A stretch of DNA of 15,859 bases, taken from assembly GCA_018400815.1 (NCBI GenBank), contig JAGYLS010000042.1, forward strand, positions 1 to 15,859, in the 5' to 3' direction. Below, piece after piece: positions 9,005-15,859 of this stretch. Source of the DNA: Candidatus Oleincola secundus (GTDB taxonomy: Bacteria; Atribacterota; Phoenicimicrobiia; Phoenicimicrobiales; Stramentimicrobiaceae). Below the pieces are notes generated by a model. The model was not told the DNA's origin. It saw only the letters and a list, made by a program, of their open reading frames with translations, and did not search any database. The position numbers were made by a program, and so were the translations under genes. Within the stretch, counting starts at the first letter, position 1. Every line of letters starts with the position of its first letter.

Positions 9005-9942
9005 AAACGACACTCCAATAATTTCAGGGTTTTATTTAATGATTGAATATCTTCTACATTGCTAACAGTTAAATCCCTATCAATTTTCTTTAAAAAACCA
9101 CTAAGGACTTTACCCGGACCGATTTCTATAAATGTATCGACTCCATCCTGAATCATTTTTAGAATACACCTTGTCCAGAGAATAGGGTACATTACCTGAT
9201 CCGTCAATAATCCCTTAATCTTCTCTTTTTTCTCGATGTAATCAGCGATAACATTACTGATAACCGGAATCTGAATATCTCCTATTCTTATATTATTAAG
9301 CTCTAGTGCCAATCTATCAGATGCCGGGCGAAGCATAGATGTATGAAAAGGAGCACTAACCAGTAATGGAATTACTTTTTTTGCCCCTTCCTCTCTGGCA
9401 ATTTCTCCAGCTAAATCAACTGCCCCTACTTCACCACCTATTACAACCTGTCCTGGGTAATTATAATTTGCGGGCTCGACAATCCCTTTCCAGCTTGCTT
9501 TGAGGCACACTTTTTCTACCATCTCATCATCTAAACCTAAAATAGCCAACATCTTACCCATTCCTACCGGTACTGCCTCCTGCATATACTGACCTCTTTT
9601 TCTAACCAACTGAACTGTTTCCCCAAAATCAAGTGCTCCTGCACTAACCAGGGCTGAATATTCTCCTAAACTTAAGCCAGCAGTAATATCCGGTTTAATT
9701 CCGTATTCCTGTAAAACTCTTAAAGCAGCAATGCTGGTAGTTAAAATAGCAGGCTGCGTATTTTCTGTTTTATTTAAATCCTGCGAAGTTCCTTCAAAAC
9801 AAAGTTTTTCAATTTCCATATTAAGAACTTCTTTTGCTTTTTGATATACTTTCCGGCAGGAAGAAAAATTTTCAAAAAGTTCTCTGCCCATACCAACATA
9901 TTGAGCACCCTGTCCGGAAAACAAAAATGCGGTTTTTCCCAT
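8989..9942 (-). CDS. fabD: Malonyl-CoA:ACP transacylase FabD
   Basis: FSGQGAQ, TQPA, GLSLGEY (catalytic Ser), RG..MQ, VSAPFHT, EIGPGKVL. Confidence 0.96.
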   Translation of the reverse strand: MGKTAFLFSGQGAQYVGMGRELFENFSSCRKVYQKAKEVLNMEIEKLCFEGTSQDLNKTENTQPAILTTSIAALRVLQEYGIKPDITAGLSLGEYSALVSAGALDFGETVQLVRKRGQYMQEAVPVGMGKMLAILGLDDEMVEKVCLKASWKGIVEPANYNYPGQVVIGGEVGAVDLAGEIAREEGAKKVIPLLVSAPFHTSMLRPASDRLALELNNIRIGDIQIPVISNVIADYIEKKEKIKGLLTDQVMYPILWTRCILKMIQDGVDTFIEIGPGKVLSGFLKKIDRDLTVSNVEDIQSLNKTLKLLECRLCQVH

Positions 9943-9948
9943 TACTTT

Positions 9949-10923
9949 TCACCTCTTTATAGTATCAGTATATTTTTCCTGGATTAGAGCAGACTTTTCT
10001 ATTATTTGAGCTTCGGCTTCAGAAAATATCTCTTCAATAATTTCCCGGCAGCTTTGTTCTTTATGAACTAAACCGGAAATTTGGCCTGCCATAATAGAGC
10101 CCATTTCCATATCGCCTTCCCGGGTAGCACGATAAAGTGAGCCTTTCCCTAATTCTTCATATTCTTCAAGAGAAGTTTCTTTCATTCTCTCCAATTGCTG
10201 AAACTCACGTGCCAGCTGATTTTTAATGACCCTAACCGGGTGACCTGTGGCTCTGCCAGTTACAATTGTGCTGGTATCTTTTGCCTGTAAAATCTTTTCT
10301 TTGTATGCTCTATTAATAGTACATTCATAAGCAACAAGAAAGCGGGTCCCGATTTGCACACCTGAAGCCCCGAGCATGAGCGCTGCAGCTAATCCGCGAC
10401 CGTCTCCAATCCCTCCGGCAGCAATAACCGGAATATGAACAGCGTCAACTACCTGGGGAATAAGTGACATAGTCGTTAATTCGCCTATATGTCCCCCTGC
10501 TTCACCGCCTTCAGCAATCAGGCCATCCACTCCCATCTTCTCCATTCTCCTGGCTATTGATACAGATGGAATAACCGGTAATACCTTAATTCCATTATCC
10601 TTCCAACTGGAAATATATTTACCCGGACTTCCTGCCCCGGTAATAATCACTTCAATCCCTTCTTCAATCGCCACTTTACTGATTTTCTCTGCATCGGGAT
10701 TTAACAACATGATATTGAGAGCAAAAGGCTTTTTAGTCAAAGACCTGGCTTTTCTAATTTCTTTTCTTATCCATTCCTCTGGAGCATATCCGGCAGCAAT
10801 AACACCTAATCCACCGGCATTTGATACAGCTGAAGCCAGTTCGGCATCGGCAACCCAAGCCATACCTCCTTGAATTAAGGGATATTTAATATTTAATAGT
10901 GTATTAATAGATGTATGTATCAT
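9949..10923 (-). CDS. fabK: Enoyl-ACP reductase II FabK
   Basis: YPLIQGGMAWVA, EGGEAGGHIG, IAAGGIGDGRG, GVQIGTRF, GHPVR, MAGQ; position between fabH and fabD; SD AAGGAG at 10931-10936. Confidence 0.93.
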   Translation of the reverse strand: MIHTSINTLLNIKYPLIQGGMAWVADAELASAVSNAGGLGVIAAGYAPEEWIRKEIRKARSLTKKPFALNIMLLNPDAEKISKVAIEEGIEVIITGAGSPGKYISSWKDNGIKVLPVIPSVSIARRMEKMGVDGLIAEGGEAGGHIGELTTMSLIPQVVDAVHIPVIAAGGIGDGRGLAAALMLGASGVQIGTRFLVAYECTINRAYKEKILQAKDTSTIVTGRATGHPVRVIKNQLAREFQQLERMKETSLEEYEELGKGSLYRATREGDMEMGSIMAGQISGLVHKEQSCREIIEEIFSEAEAQIIEKSALIQEKYTDTIKR

Positions 10924-10942
10924 ACATAATCTCCTTGTTATA

Positions 10943-11926
10943 TTACATGGTCCAATTTAACAGTATTGCTCCCCAGGTTAATCCTCCGCCAAAACCAACC
11001 ATAATAATTCTATCTCCATCATAAATCATCTTTTTTCGAACCATTTCGTCTAATGCCAGAGGGATACTGGCCGCTGAGGTGTTACCAAAATGATTCATAT
11101 TTTTATAGAATTTTCCTGGAGGTACTTTTAACTTTTTAGCTACATTATCTATAATCCGGTAGTTTGCTTGATGAGGAACAATATAATTTATATCATCAAT
11201 GGTGAGTTTATTATCTGCTAAAATTATTTCAATACTTTTTAACATGATATGGGTAGCAAATTTAAATATTTCTTTTCCGTTCATATACATATATGAATGA
11301 TTTTCTATCTTTGAATGATTTTTAAAAAAAGGATTTCTTAGAGAAACTGCCGGAATGGTTAAAAAACCTTCCAAATCTCCCTGAGAACCGGTATAAGTAG
11401 AAACAATACCTTCTTTTTTACTCTTTTTTAATAGCGCAGCTCCTGCACCGTCTCCAAATAAAACACAGGTATTTCTATCATTCCAGTCCAGTACTTTCGA
11501 TAATATTTCTGCTCCGATTACTAAAATACATTGACTCTGACCTGATTTAATAAATTTATCTGCAATCTGTAAACCATATATAAATCCTGTACATCCGGCA
11601 GAAATATCAAAACTTGGTATATCTTTCAGTCCCAGTTCCGCTTGAACCAAACTGGCTGTAGAAGGAGTAAAAAAGTCAGGTGTAATTGTGGAAAGAATAA
11701 TCAAGTCGATTTCATCAGGTTTTATATTTGCCTGCTCTATAGCACGTTGTGCTGCCTTAAGGGCCAGTTGCGTAGTATTCTCTCCGGTAGACATCCTTCT
11801 TTCTTCAATACCCGTCCGGCTGGTGATCCATTGATCTGAAGTATCAACAATATTTTCTAATTCTCCGTTTGTAACTATTTTCTCAGGAACATAGCCCCCT
11901 AATCCAATAATTTCGCTATGAAACAT
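10943..11926 (-). CDS. fabH: beta-ketoacyl-ACP synthase III FabH
   Basis: DTSDQWI..RTGI, AGCTGF (Cys), LFGDGAGA, PHQAN (His), GNTSAAS (Asn), GFGGGLTWG. Confidence 0.96.
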   Translation of the reverse strand: MFHSEIIGLGGYVPEKIVTNGELENIVDTSDQWITSRTGIEERRMSTGENTTQLALKAAQRAIEQANIKPDEIDLIILSTITPDFFTPSTASLVQAELGLKDIPSFDISAGCTGFIYGLQIADKFIKSGQSQCILVIGAEILSKVLDWNDRNTCVLFGDGAGAALLKKSKKEGIVSTYTGSQGDLEGFLTIPAVSLRNPFFKNHSKIENHSYMYMNGKEIFKFATHIMLKSIEIILADNKLTIDDINYIVPHQANYRIIDNVAKKLKVPPGKFYKNMNHFGNTSAASIPLALDEMVRKKMIYDGDRIIMVGFGGGLTWGAILLNWTM

Positions 11927-11980
11927 TCATTATTTCCCTTTTGTATACCTATTTAAAAAATAGATAGATAATATTTTTAT

Positions 11981-12023
11981 TTAATAATAACTACTATTAG
12001 TTGATATTAGTAGTTGCTATTAA
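11981..12023. promoter_or_regulatory. Two 17-bp imperfect palindromes resembling FapR operators
   Basis: TTAATA-ATAAC-TACTAT (11981-11997) and TTAGTA-GTTGC-TATTAA (12007-12023) versus the recalled Bacillus FapR consensus TTAGTA-N5-TACTAA; together a 14/16 inverted repeat at the predicted fabH +1. Confidence 0.6.
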
Positions 12024-12028
12024 TAACA

Positions 12029-12057
12029 AGTATATAGGTGATTTTACTTTGTGTCAA
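12029..12057 (-). promoter_or_regulatory. Sigma70/sigmaA promoter of the fab operon
   Basis: Minus strand TTGACA (12057-12052) - 17 nt - TATACT (12034-12029); predicted +1 near 12022. Confidence 0.8.
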
Positions 12058-12084
12058 CATTAAAATAAATATTGTTAAAAAATT

Positions 12085-12112
12085 TTGCTAAAGTCAGTCT
12101 ATCCATTATAAT
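12085..12112 (+). promoter_or_regulatory. Putative sigma70 promoter of the aldolase gene
   Basis: TTGCTA (12085-12090) - 16 nt - TATAAT (12107-12112), back-to-back with the fab promoter. Confidence 0.55.
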
Positions 12113-12177
12113 AAATACAATAATAGATACTTGATTCCAAATATATTTATTAATTTGTATACCAGGAGGTATTTGTT

Positions 12178-13077
12178 TTGCATAAAATGAATTTAAACGG
12201 TATTTATCCACCCATTGTCACTCCTTTTCTCAAAGAAGATGTAGCCTATCACTACTTGACAAAAAATATTGAAAAATTAAATAAGAGTGGCATTAAAGGT
12301 ATAGTAGTTCTTGGATCTAATGGAGAGAATGTATTCCTTTCTGAAGAAGAAAAAATTGAAGTTGTGCAAACGGTCATCACATCTGCGTCTAAAGAGATGA
12401 CAATTATTGTTGGTTCCGGGTGTGAATCGACTCGGGAGACTATACATCTTACTAATAAAATGGCCAAGTTAGGTGCTCATGCCGCACTAATTGTTACACC
12501 TTCTTATTATGGCAGTAAAATGAACGATGAATCATTAATAAATTATTATTCCAATGTTGCCGAGAAATCAGAAATCCCTATTTTGCTCTATAATGTTCCC
12601 AAATTTACCGGAGTTAATGTAAGCAAAGAAGCGGTGTCAACACTGTCAAAACATCCTAATATCGTTGGCATTAAAGATAGTAGCGGTAATGTCAATCAAC
12701 TGGGACAATATCTTAATCGCGTTGATTCTGATTTTAATGTTCTGGTAGGCACAGCAGGGGCTTTGTTCGGAGCGCTTACCCTGGGCTGTAAAGGCGGCGT
12801 ACTTGCTCTGGCCAATATTGTCCCGGAAAAATGTGTAGAAATTTATCAATTGGTACAAGAAGGGAAGATAAAAGAAGCTCGGGACTTACAACTCCGGATG
12901 ATTCCGGTTAACTATGCCATAACGGCCACATATGGTATCAGTGGTCTGAAATATGCCATGGATTTATTAGGATATCAGGGAGGAGAAGTGAGATCTCCTT
13001 TACTGCCAGCCAAACCTGGGGAACAGGAAAAAATCAGAAATATTCTTTTGGAGGCAAAACTAAAAATAATCCAGTAA
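12178..13077 (+). CDS. DapA/NAL-family class I aldolase, HOGA1-like (putative 4-hydroxy-2-oxoglutarate aldolase)
   Basis: GIYPPIVTPF, GSNGE (not GTTGE), GSGCEST, VTPSYY, LYNVP, HPNIVGIKDS (Schiff-base Lys), GGVLALAN; TTG start 7 nt after SD AGGAGGT (12164-12170). Confidence 0.8.
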   Translation: MHKMNLNGIYPPIVTPFLKEDVAYHYLTKNIEKLNKSGIKGIVVLGSNGENVFLSEEEKIEVVQTVITSASKEMTIIVGSGCESTRETIHLTNKMAKLGAHAALIVTPSYYGSKMNDESLINYYSNVAEKSEIPILLYNVPKFTGVNVSKEAVSTLSKHPNIVGIKDSSGNVNQLGQYLNRVDSDFNVLVGTAGALFGALTLGCKGGVLALANIVPEKCVEIYQLVQEGKIKEARDLQLRMIPVNYAITATYGISGLKYAMDLLGYQGGEVRSPLLPAKPGEQEKIRNILLEAKLKIIQ

Positions 13078-13083
13078 ATATCG

Positions 13084-13100
13084 CACCCGCGTAGCGGGTG
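13084..13100. repeat. GC-rich hairpin CACCCGC-GTA-GCGGGTG (IS200/IS605-like end hairpin and/or aldolase terminator)
   Basis: Perfect 7-bp stem with 3-nt loop, 6 nt after the aldolase stop; only a short T run follows. Confidence 0.6.
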
Positions 13101-13262
13101 GCTTTAAGAACCTCTAAAAGGATTTAACTTTTTAGCTCTTTTTCTTTCGATTTTTTTTATTTAACCTTTAGCTATAATATTCCTTAAGCAATAGTGCTTC
13201 CAACTTTGGACTTCAGGTGAAAAATTGTCATCTAGCTACTCTTAGTCTTTTTATAGTAAAAC
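13084..13262 (-). mobile_element. Possible degenerate 3' end of an IS200/IS605-family tnpA (Y1 transposase) element
   Basis: Minus-strand fragments in shifting frames, collinear with recalled TnpA C-terminal motifs: KSS*MTIF, LKSKVG, KHY, KEYY, LNKK, NPFRGS* (stop 13104-13106), followed by AAGCCACCCGCTACGCGGGTG. Confidence 0.45.
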
Positions 13263-13264
13263 CA

Positions 13265-13315
13265 ATTTATTTAACCATTACCACTTTCTTAGAAGGTGGT
13301 AATGGTTAAATAAAT
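13265..13315. terminator. 51-bp near-perfect palindrome; likely terminator/stabilising hairpin between convergent genes
   Basis: ATTTATTTAACCATTACCACTTTC-TTA-GAAGGTGGTAATGGTTAAATAAAT: 24-bp stem with one G-T pair and a 3-nt loop, 31 nt after the ABC-F stop. Confidence 0.65.
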
Positions 13316-13346
13316 AATACACCAATTGAAAATGGATAATGCTAAT

Positions 13347-15311
13347 CTAATCTTTTGAAGAAATATGCCCTATTTTTTCTTTTTTGTCTATTAATATCTC
13401 CCATTGGGTAATCAGTTTATCCAGTTCATGATTAGTCTGATGCAAATCTATCTTAAGGTCCTGGACCATTGCAGAATTTTGCAATATTTCCTTTCGGCAT
13501 AATTGTTCTTCAATAACGGCCTTTTGCTTATCCAGGCGATGAATTTTTTCTTCTATTGGCTGTAAATCTTTTTCTATTTCTTGTATTAATTGGTATTGTC
13601 GGTTCCTCTGTTCGGCTTGAACTCTTTTTTTCTGTTTTTCAATCGAGCTTGGTTTTAATTCTTTTTCATCTTTTATAAGATGAATGGTTTCTTTTTTCCC
13701 CTTTTCTAGTAGCATCTGGCGTTTTTGGATAAAATAAGAGTAATTACCGGGATAGATATAAATTTTTCCTTCTTTTATCTCAACCACTTTATTGGCAAGC
13801 TGGTCTAGAAAAAAACGATCATGAGAAACAATAAGAATGGTTCCCTGGTATTGTTTTAAAGCCTGATGAAATATATGTTTTGTTCTGATATCGAGGTGAT
13901 TTCCAGGCTCGTCCAAAATAAGAAAATTTGATTCATCCAATAACAATTTTGCCAAAGCCAGTCTGGATTTCTCTCCCCCGGATAACTGATTTACTAATTT
14001 ATAAACACTGTCACCTGTAAAGAGGAAAGAACCTAAAAGATCTCTCTTTTCCTGATCAGTTAGTTTTTTACCATTTTTATCAATTTCTTCCCAAACAGAA
14101 TGTTTATAATTCAAATTTTGTGCACTTTCCTGTGAAAAGAAGGCAATTTTCACCTGGTAACCCCAATCCACTATACCTTCCCTGGGAAATTCAACTCCAC
14201 TGATAATTCTTGATAATGTTGACTTGCCTGCACCATTAATACCGGTTAAGGCAACTCGGTCACCTCGATGGATAGTAAGATCAACATTTTGAAAAACTGT
14301 TTTTTCTCCATATCCGTGACAAACATTTTTTAATCTTGCCACTTCCTCACCACTTCTGGGGGCAGATGCAAACTGGAAATTAACTCTATGCAGAGATGTT
14401 TGTTTCTTGATTGGTCCAAGTTTTTCTAACATTTTAATTCTACTTTGAACCTGAGAAGCCTTGGTGGCTTTATAACGGAAACGTTCAATAAAACTTTCCA
14501 GATGGGCCTTTTTTTCTTGCAAGTGTTTTTGGTTTTTTTCCTGAATTTCTTTCTGTTTATCTTTTTCCATTAAGTAAAAACTGTAATTTCCTTTATAAAA
14601 GGTAATTTTTTGTTCAGCTAATTCTACGGTTTCCGTGACAACTTTATCCAAAAAATAACGGTCATGAGATATGACTATCAATGTTCCGTTAAAATTTGTT
14701 AACCAGTTTTCCAACCACTCCAAACTTTCGGTATCCATATGATTAGTCGGTTCATCGAGTAATAAAATATCAGGTGAACTGACCAGTAATCCGGCTAGCA
14801 CTACACGCATCTTCCATCCACCTGAAAAGGAAGAACATGGTTTTAACCAGTCCTGTTCGGTAAAACCCAATCCTTTGATGATGCTTTTTGCCCTTGCTTC
14901 AAAACTGTATCCTCTTTTAATCTCAAACTGGTGAGATATTTTTTCGTACTGCTTGGAAACTCTTTTGAAATCGACAGTTGCTGAATTCATTCTTGACAGT
15001 TTTTCCTGATATTTTTTCATTTTATTTTCCAGTTGGACAATTCCTGCTATCTCTTGTAGGTAATCTCTAAGAAGATAATCTGAAAGAACAATTAAATCCT
15101 GGGGTAAATAACCTATCTTGTGATTGGCAGGTAAAATAACATCGCCTTCATCAGCTTCATGTTGCCCTGTTATAATCTTAAAAAGCGTAGTTTTGCCCGC
15201 ACCGTTATCTCCTATCAACCCTACCCGACTACCAGCGGGAATTTGCCAATTCAAGTCATCAAATAGTGTTTTATCCGGAAAATCAACCTTAATATGTCTT
15301 AAAATAATCAT
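13347..15311 (-). CDS. ABC-F family ribosome-associated ATPase (YdiF/YheS/Uup-like)
   Basis: Two NBDs (GDNGAGKTT, FSGGW, LLDEPTNH, SHDRYFLD; GINGAGKST, LSGGE, ILDEPGNH, SHDRFFLD), linker GNYSFY..FIERFRYKATKASQVQSRIK, C-terminal coiled coil, no TM segments. Confidence 0.95.
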   Translation of the reverse strand: MIILRHIKVDFPDKTLFDDLNWQIPAGSRVGLIGDNGAGKTTLFKIITGQHEADEGDVILPANHKIGYLPQDLIVLSDYLLRDYLQEIAGIVQLENKMKKYQEKLSRMNSATVDFKRVSKQYEKISHQFEIKRGYSFEARAKSIIKGLGFTEQDWLKPCSSFSGGWKMRVVLAGLLVSSPDILLLDEPTNHMDTESLEWLENWLTNFNGTLIVISHDRYFLDKVVTETVELAEQKITFYKGNYSFYLMEKDKQKEIQEKNQKHLQEKKAHLESFIERFRYKATKASQVQSRIKMLEKLGPIKKQTSLHRVNFQFASAPRSGEEVARLKNVCHGYGEKTVFQNVDLTIHRGDRVALTGINGAGKSTLSRIISGVEFPREGIVDWGYQVKIAFFSQESAQNLNYKHSVWEEIDKNGKKLTDQEKRDLLGSFLFTGDSVYKLVNQLSGGEKSRLALAKLLLDESNFLILDEPGNHLDIRTKHIFHQALKQYQGTILIVSHDRFFLDQLANKVVEIKEGKIYIYPGNYSYFIQKRQMLLEKGKKETIHLIKDEKELKPSSIEKQKKRVQAEQRNRQYQLIQEIEKDLQPIEEKIHRLDKQKAVIEEQLCRKEILQNSAMVQDLKIDLHQTNHELDKLITQWEILIDKKEKIGHISSKD

Positions 15312-15390
15312 ATCTTAAAAACTTCTCTAAATATACTTTCTATATAATTTATAATAGAATAATGAGCTTTTTTTGCAGCCGCATACCGTT

Positions 15391-15465
15391 TTAAGCAAAG
15401 CAATGTTTTTTTTCAAATGACTCCTGCAAAGGGTCTCCCCCGTTAAAATCAATAATAACAATCAT
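15391..15465 (-). CDS. Candidate 24-aa small ORF/leader peptide MIVIIDFNGGDPLQESFEKKHCFA
   Basis: ATG 15465, TAA 15393-15391, SD AAAGGA at 15479-15474 (8-nt spacer), downstream of a putative promoter. Confidence 0.35.
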   Translation of the reverse strand: MIVIIDFNGGDPLQESFEKKHCFA

Positions 15466-15497
15466 AAAAACTATCCTTTATATCAAAAATCAAAATC

Positions 15498-15526
15498 ATT
15501 ATAAGATTAAAAGGGTAAATTTTAAA
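15498..15526 (-). promoter_or_regulatory. Putative sigma70 promoter upstream of the small ORF and ABC-F gene
   Basis: Minus strand TTTAAA (15526-15521) - 17 nt - TATAAT (15503-15498); the AT-rich background lowers significance. Confidence 0.4.
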
Positions 15527-15561
15527 TCGGGACTATTGTTTCTATATTGAGAAGATTGGCT

Positions 15562-15858
15562 TTAATTACCCTGCTTAATGGATTTAAAAATGTCTTTGGA
15601 AAAAGCAGGAAGCATAAACGCAGCACGATGAATATCAGTATGGTAATATTTTAAATCAGGCAACTGATTTGCTCTTTCGGACACTAAATGGTCAAGAGGA
15701 TGATATTTCTTAGAACAAAAACTAAAACCAATCATACCACTGGGATAAGTCGGAACCATAGTATAATAATAATAAGGTATAGGAAATATTTTTTTTATGA
15801 ATCGAAAAGTAGATTTAATAAAATCAGTATGCCAAAAAAGGGATTCTAACTGGGTAAC
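15562..15858 (-). CDS. speE: Spermidine synthase / polyamine aminopropyltransferase, 3' part (enters from outside the window)
   Basis: Frame open to the edge: VTQLESLFWH...FP..YYYTMVPTYPSGMIGFSFCSKKYHP...LKYYHTDIHRAAFMLP, a typical SpeE C-terminus. Confidence 0.88.
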   Translation of the reverse strand, partial: VTQLESLFWHTDFIKSTFRFIKKIFPIPYYYYTMVPTYPSGMIGFSFCSKKYHPLDHLVSERANQLPDLKYYHTDIHRAAFMLPAFSKDIFKSIKQGN

Positions 15859-15859
15859 T

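Noticed and set aside
12178..13077. Gene symbol dapA
   Set aside because: GSNGE motif, HOGA1-like segments and no lysine-pathway context.
13173..13260. Possible plus-strand sRNA or tRNA-like structure (TATAAT at 13173 and small hairpins AAGCA/TGCTT, TCCAA/TTGGA)
   Set aside because: No -35, no cloverleaf or T-loop, weak stems; the IS-relic reading explains the region better.
13347..15311. Antibiotic-resistance ABC-F (Vga/Lsa/Msr/OptrA)
   Set aside because: Linker and C-terminal coiled coil look like housekeeping YdiF/YheS/Uup types; resistance cannot be inferred from motifs.
1373..15318. Short ORF-track entries at 1373, 2084, 2883, 7223, 7821, 11642, 15124 (+) and 12252, 12646 (-)
   Set aside because: All lie antisense to well-supported genes and show no recognisable motifs; treated as shadow ORFs.
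15361..15450. Riboswitch upstream of the ABC-F gene (small GGG-GAGA-CCC hairpin)
   Set aside because: No match to a riboswitch consensus I recognise and no clear terminator/antiterminator pair; an Rfam cmscan would settle it.
1..15859. CRISPR arrays, tRNA/rRNA, prophage or defence genes
   Set aside because: No regularly spaced repeats or RNA gene signatures seen; intergenic gaps are short and every long ORF has a housekeeping-type assignment.

Overview
Low-GC bacterial chromosomal window, mostly housekeeping. The core is a compact minus-strand type II fatty-acid synthesis operon (fabH-fabK-fabD-fabG-fabF-fabZ plus a second FabK-fold gene with the four-Cys motif of FabX/UfaA-type dehydrogenase/isomerases). 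It lacks acpP, acc, plsX and a regulator gene, and is preceded by a near-consensus sigma70 promoter overlapped by two FapR-like palindromes. Downstream on the same strand are a MATE transporter that apparently must start at ATT, an HD-domain protein, an SGNH hydrolase, a DUF2461 protein, PgeF/YfiH and the 5' part of a B12-binding radical SAM gene missed by the ORF track. Divergent from fabH is a DapA-fold aldolase whose motifs resemble HOGA1 (4-hydroxy-2-oxoglutarate aldolase) rather than lysine-pathway DapA. The right end has an ABC-F ATPase with a candidate 24-aa upstream ORF and the 3' end of spermidine synthase. The aldolase/ABC-F gap holds a 51-bp near-perfect palindrome and what looks like a decayed IS200-family transposase end. 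I saw no CRISPR, tRNA, rRNA, phage or defence genes. Family calls come from motif recognition by eye; no searches were run.
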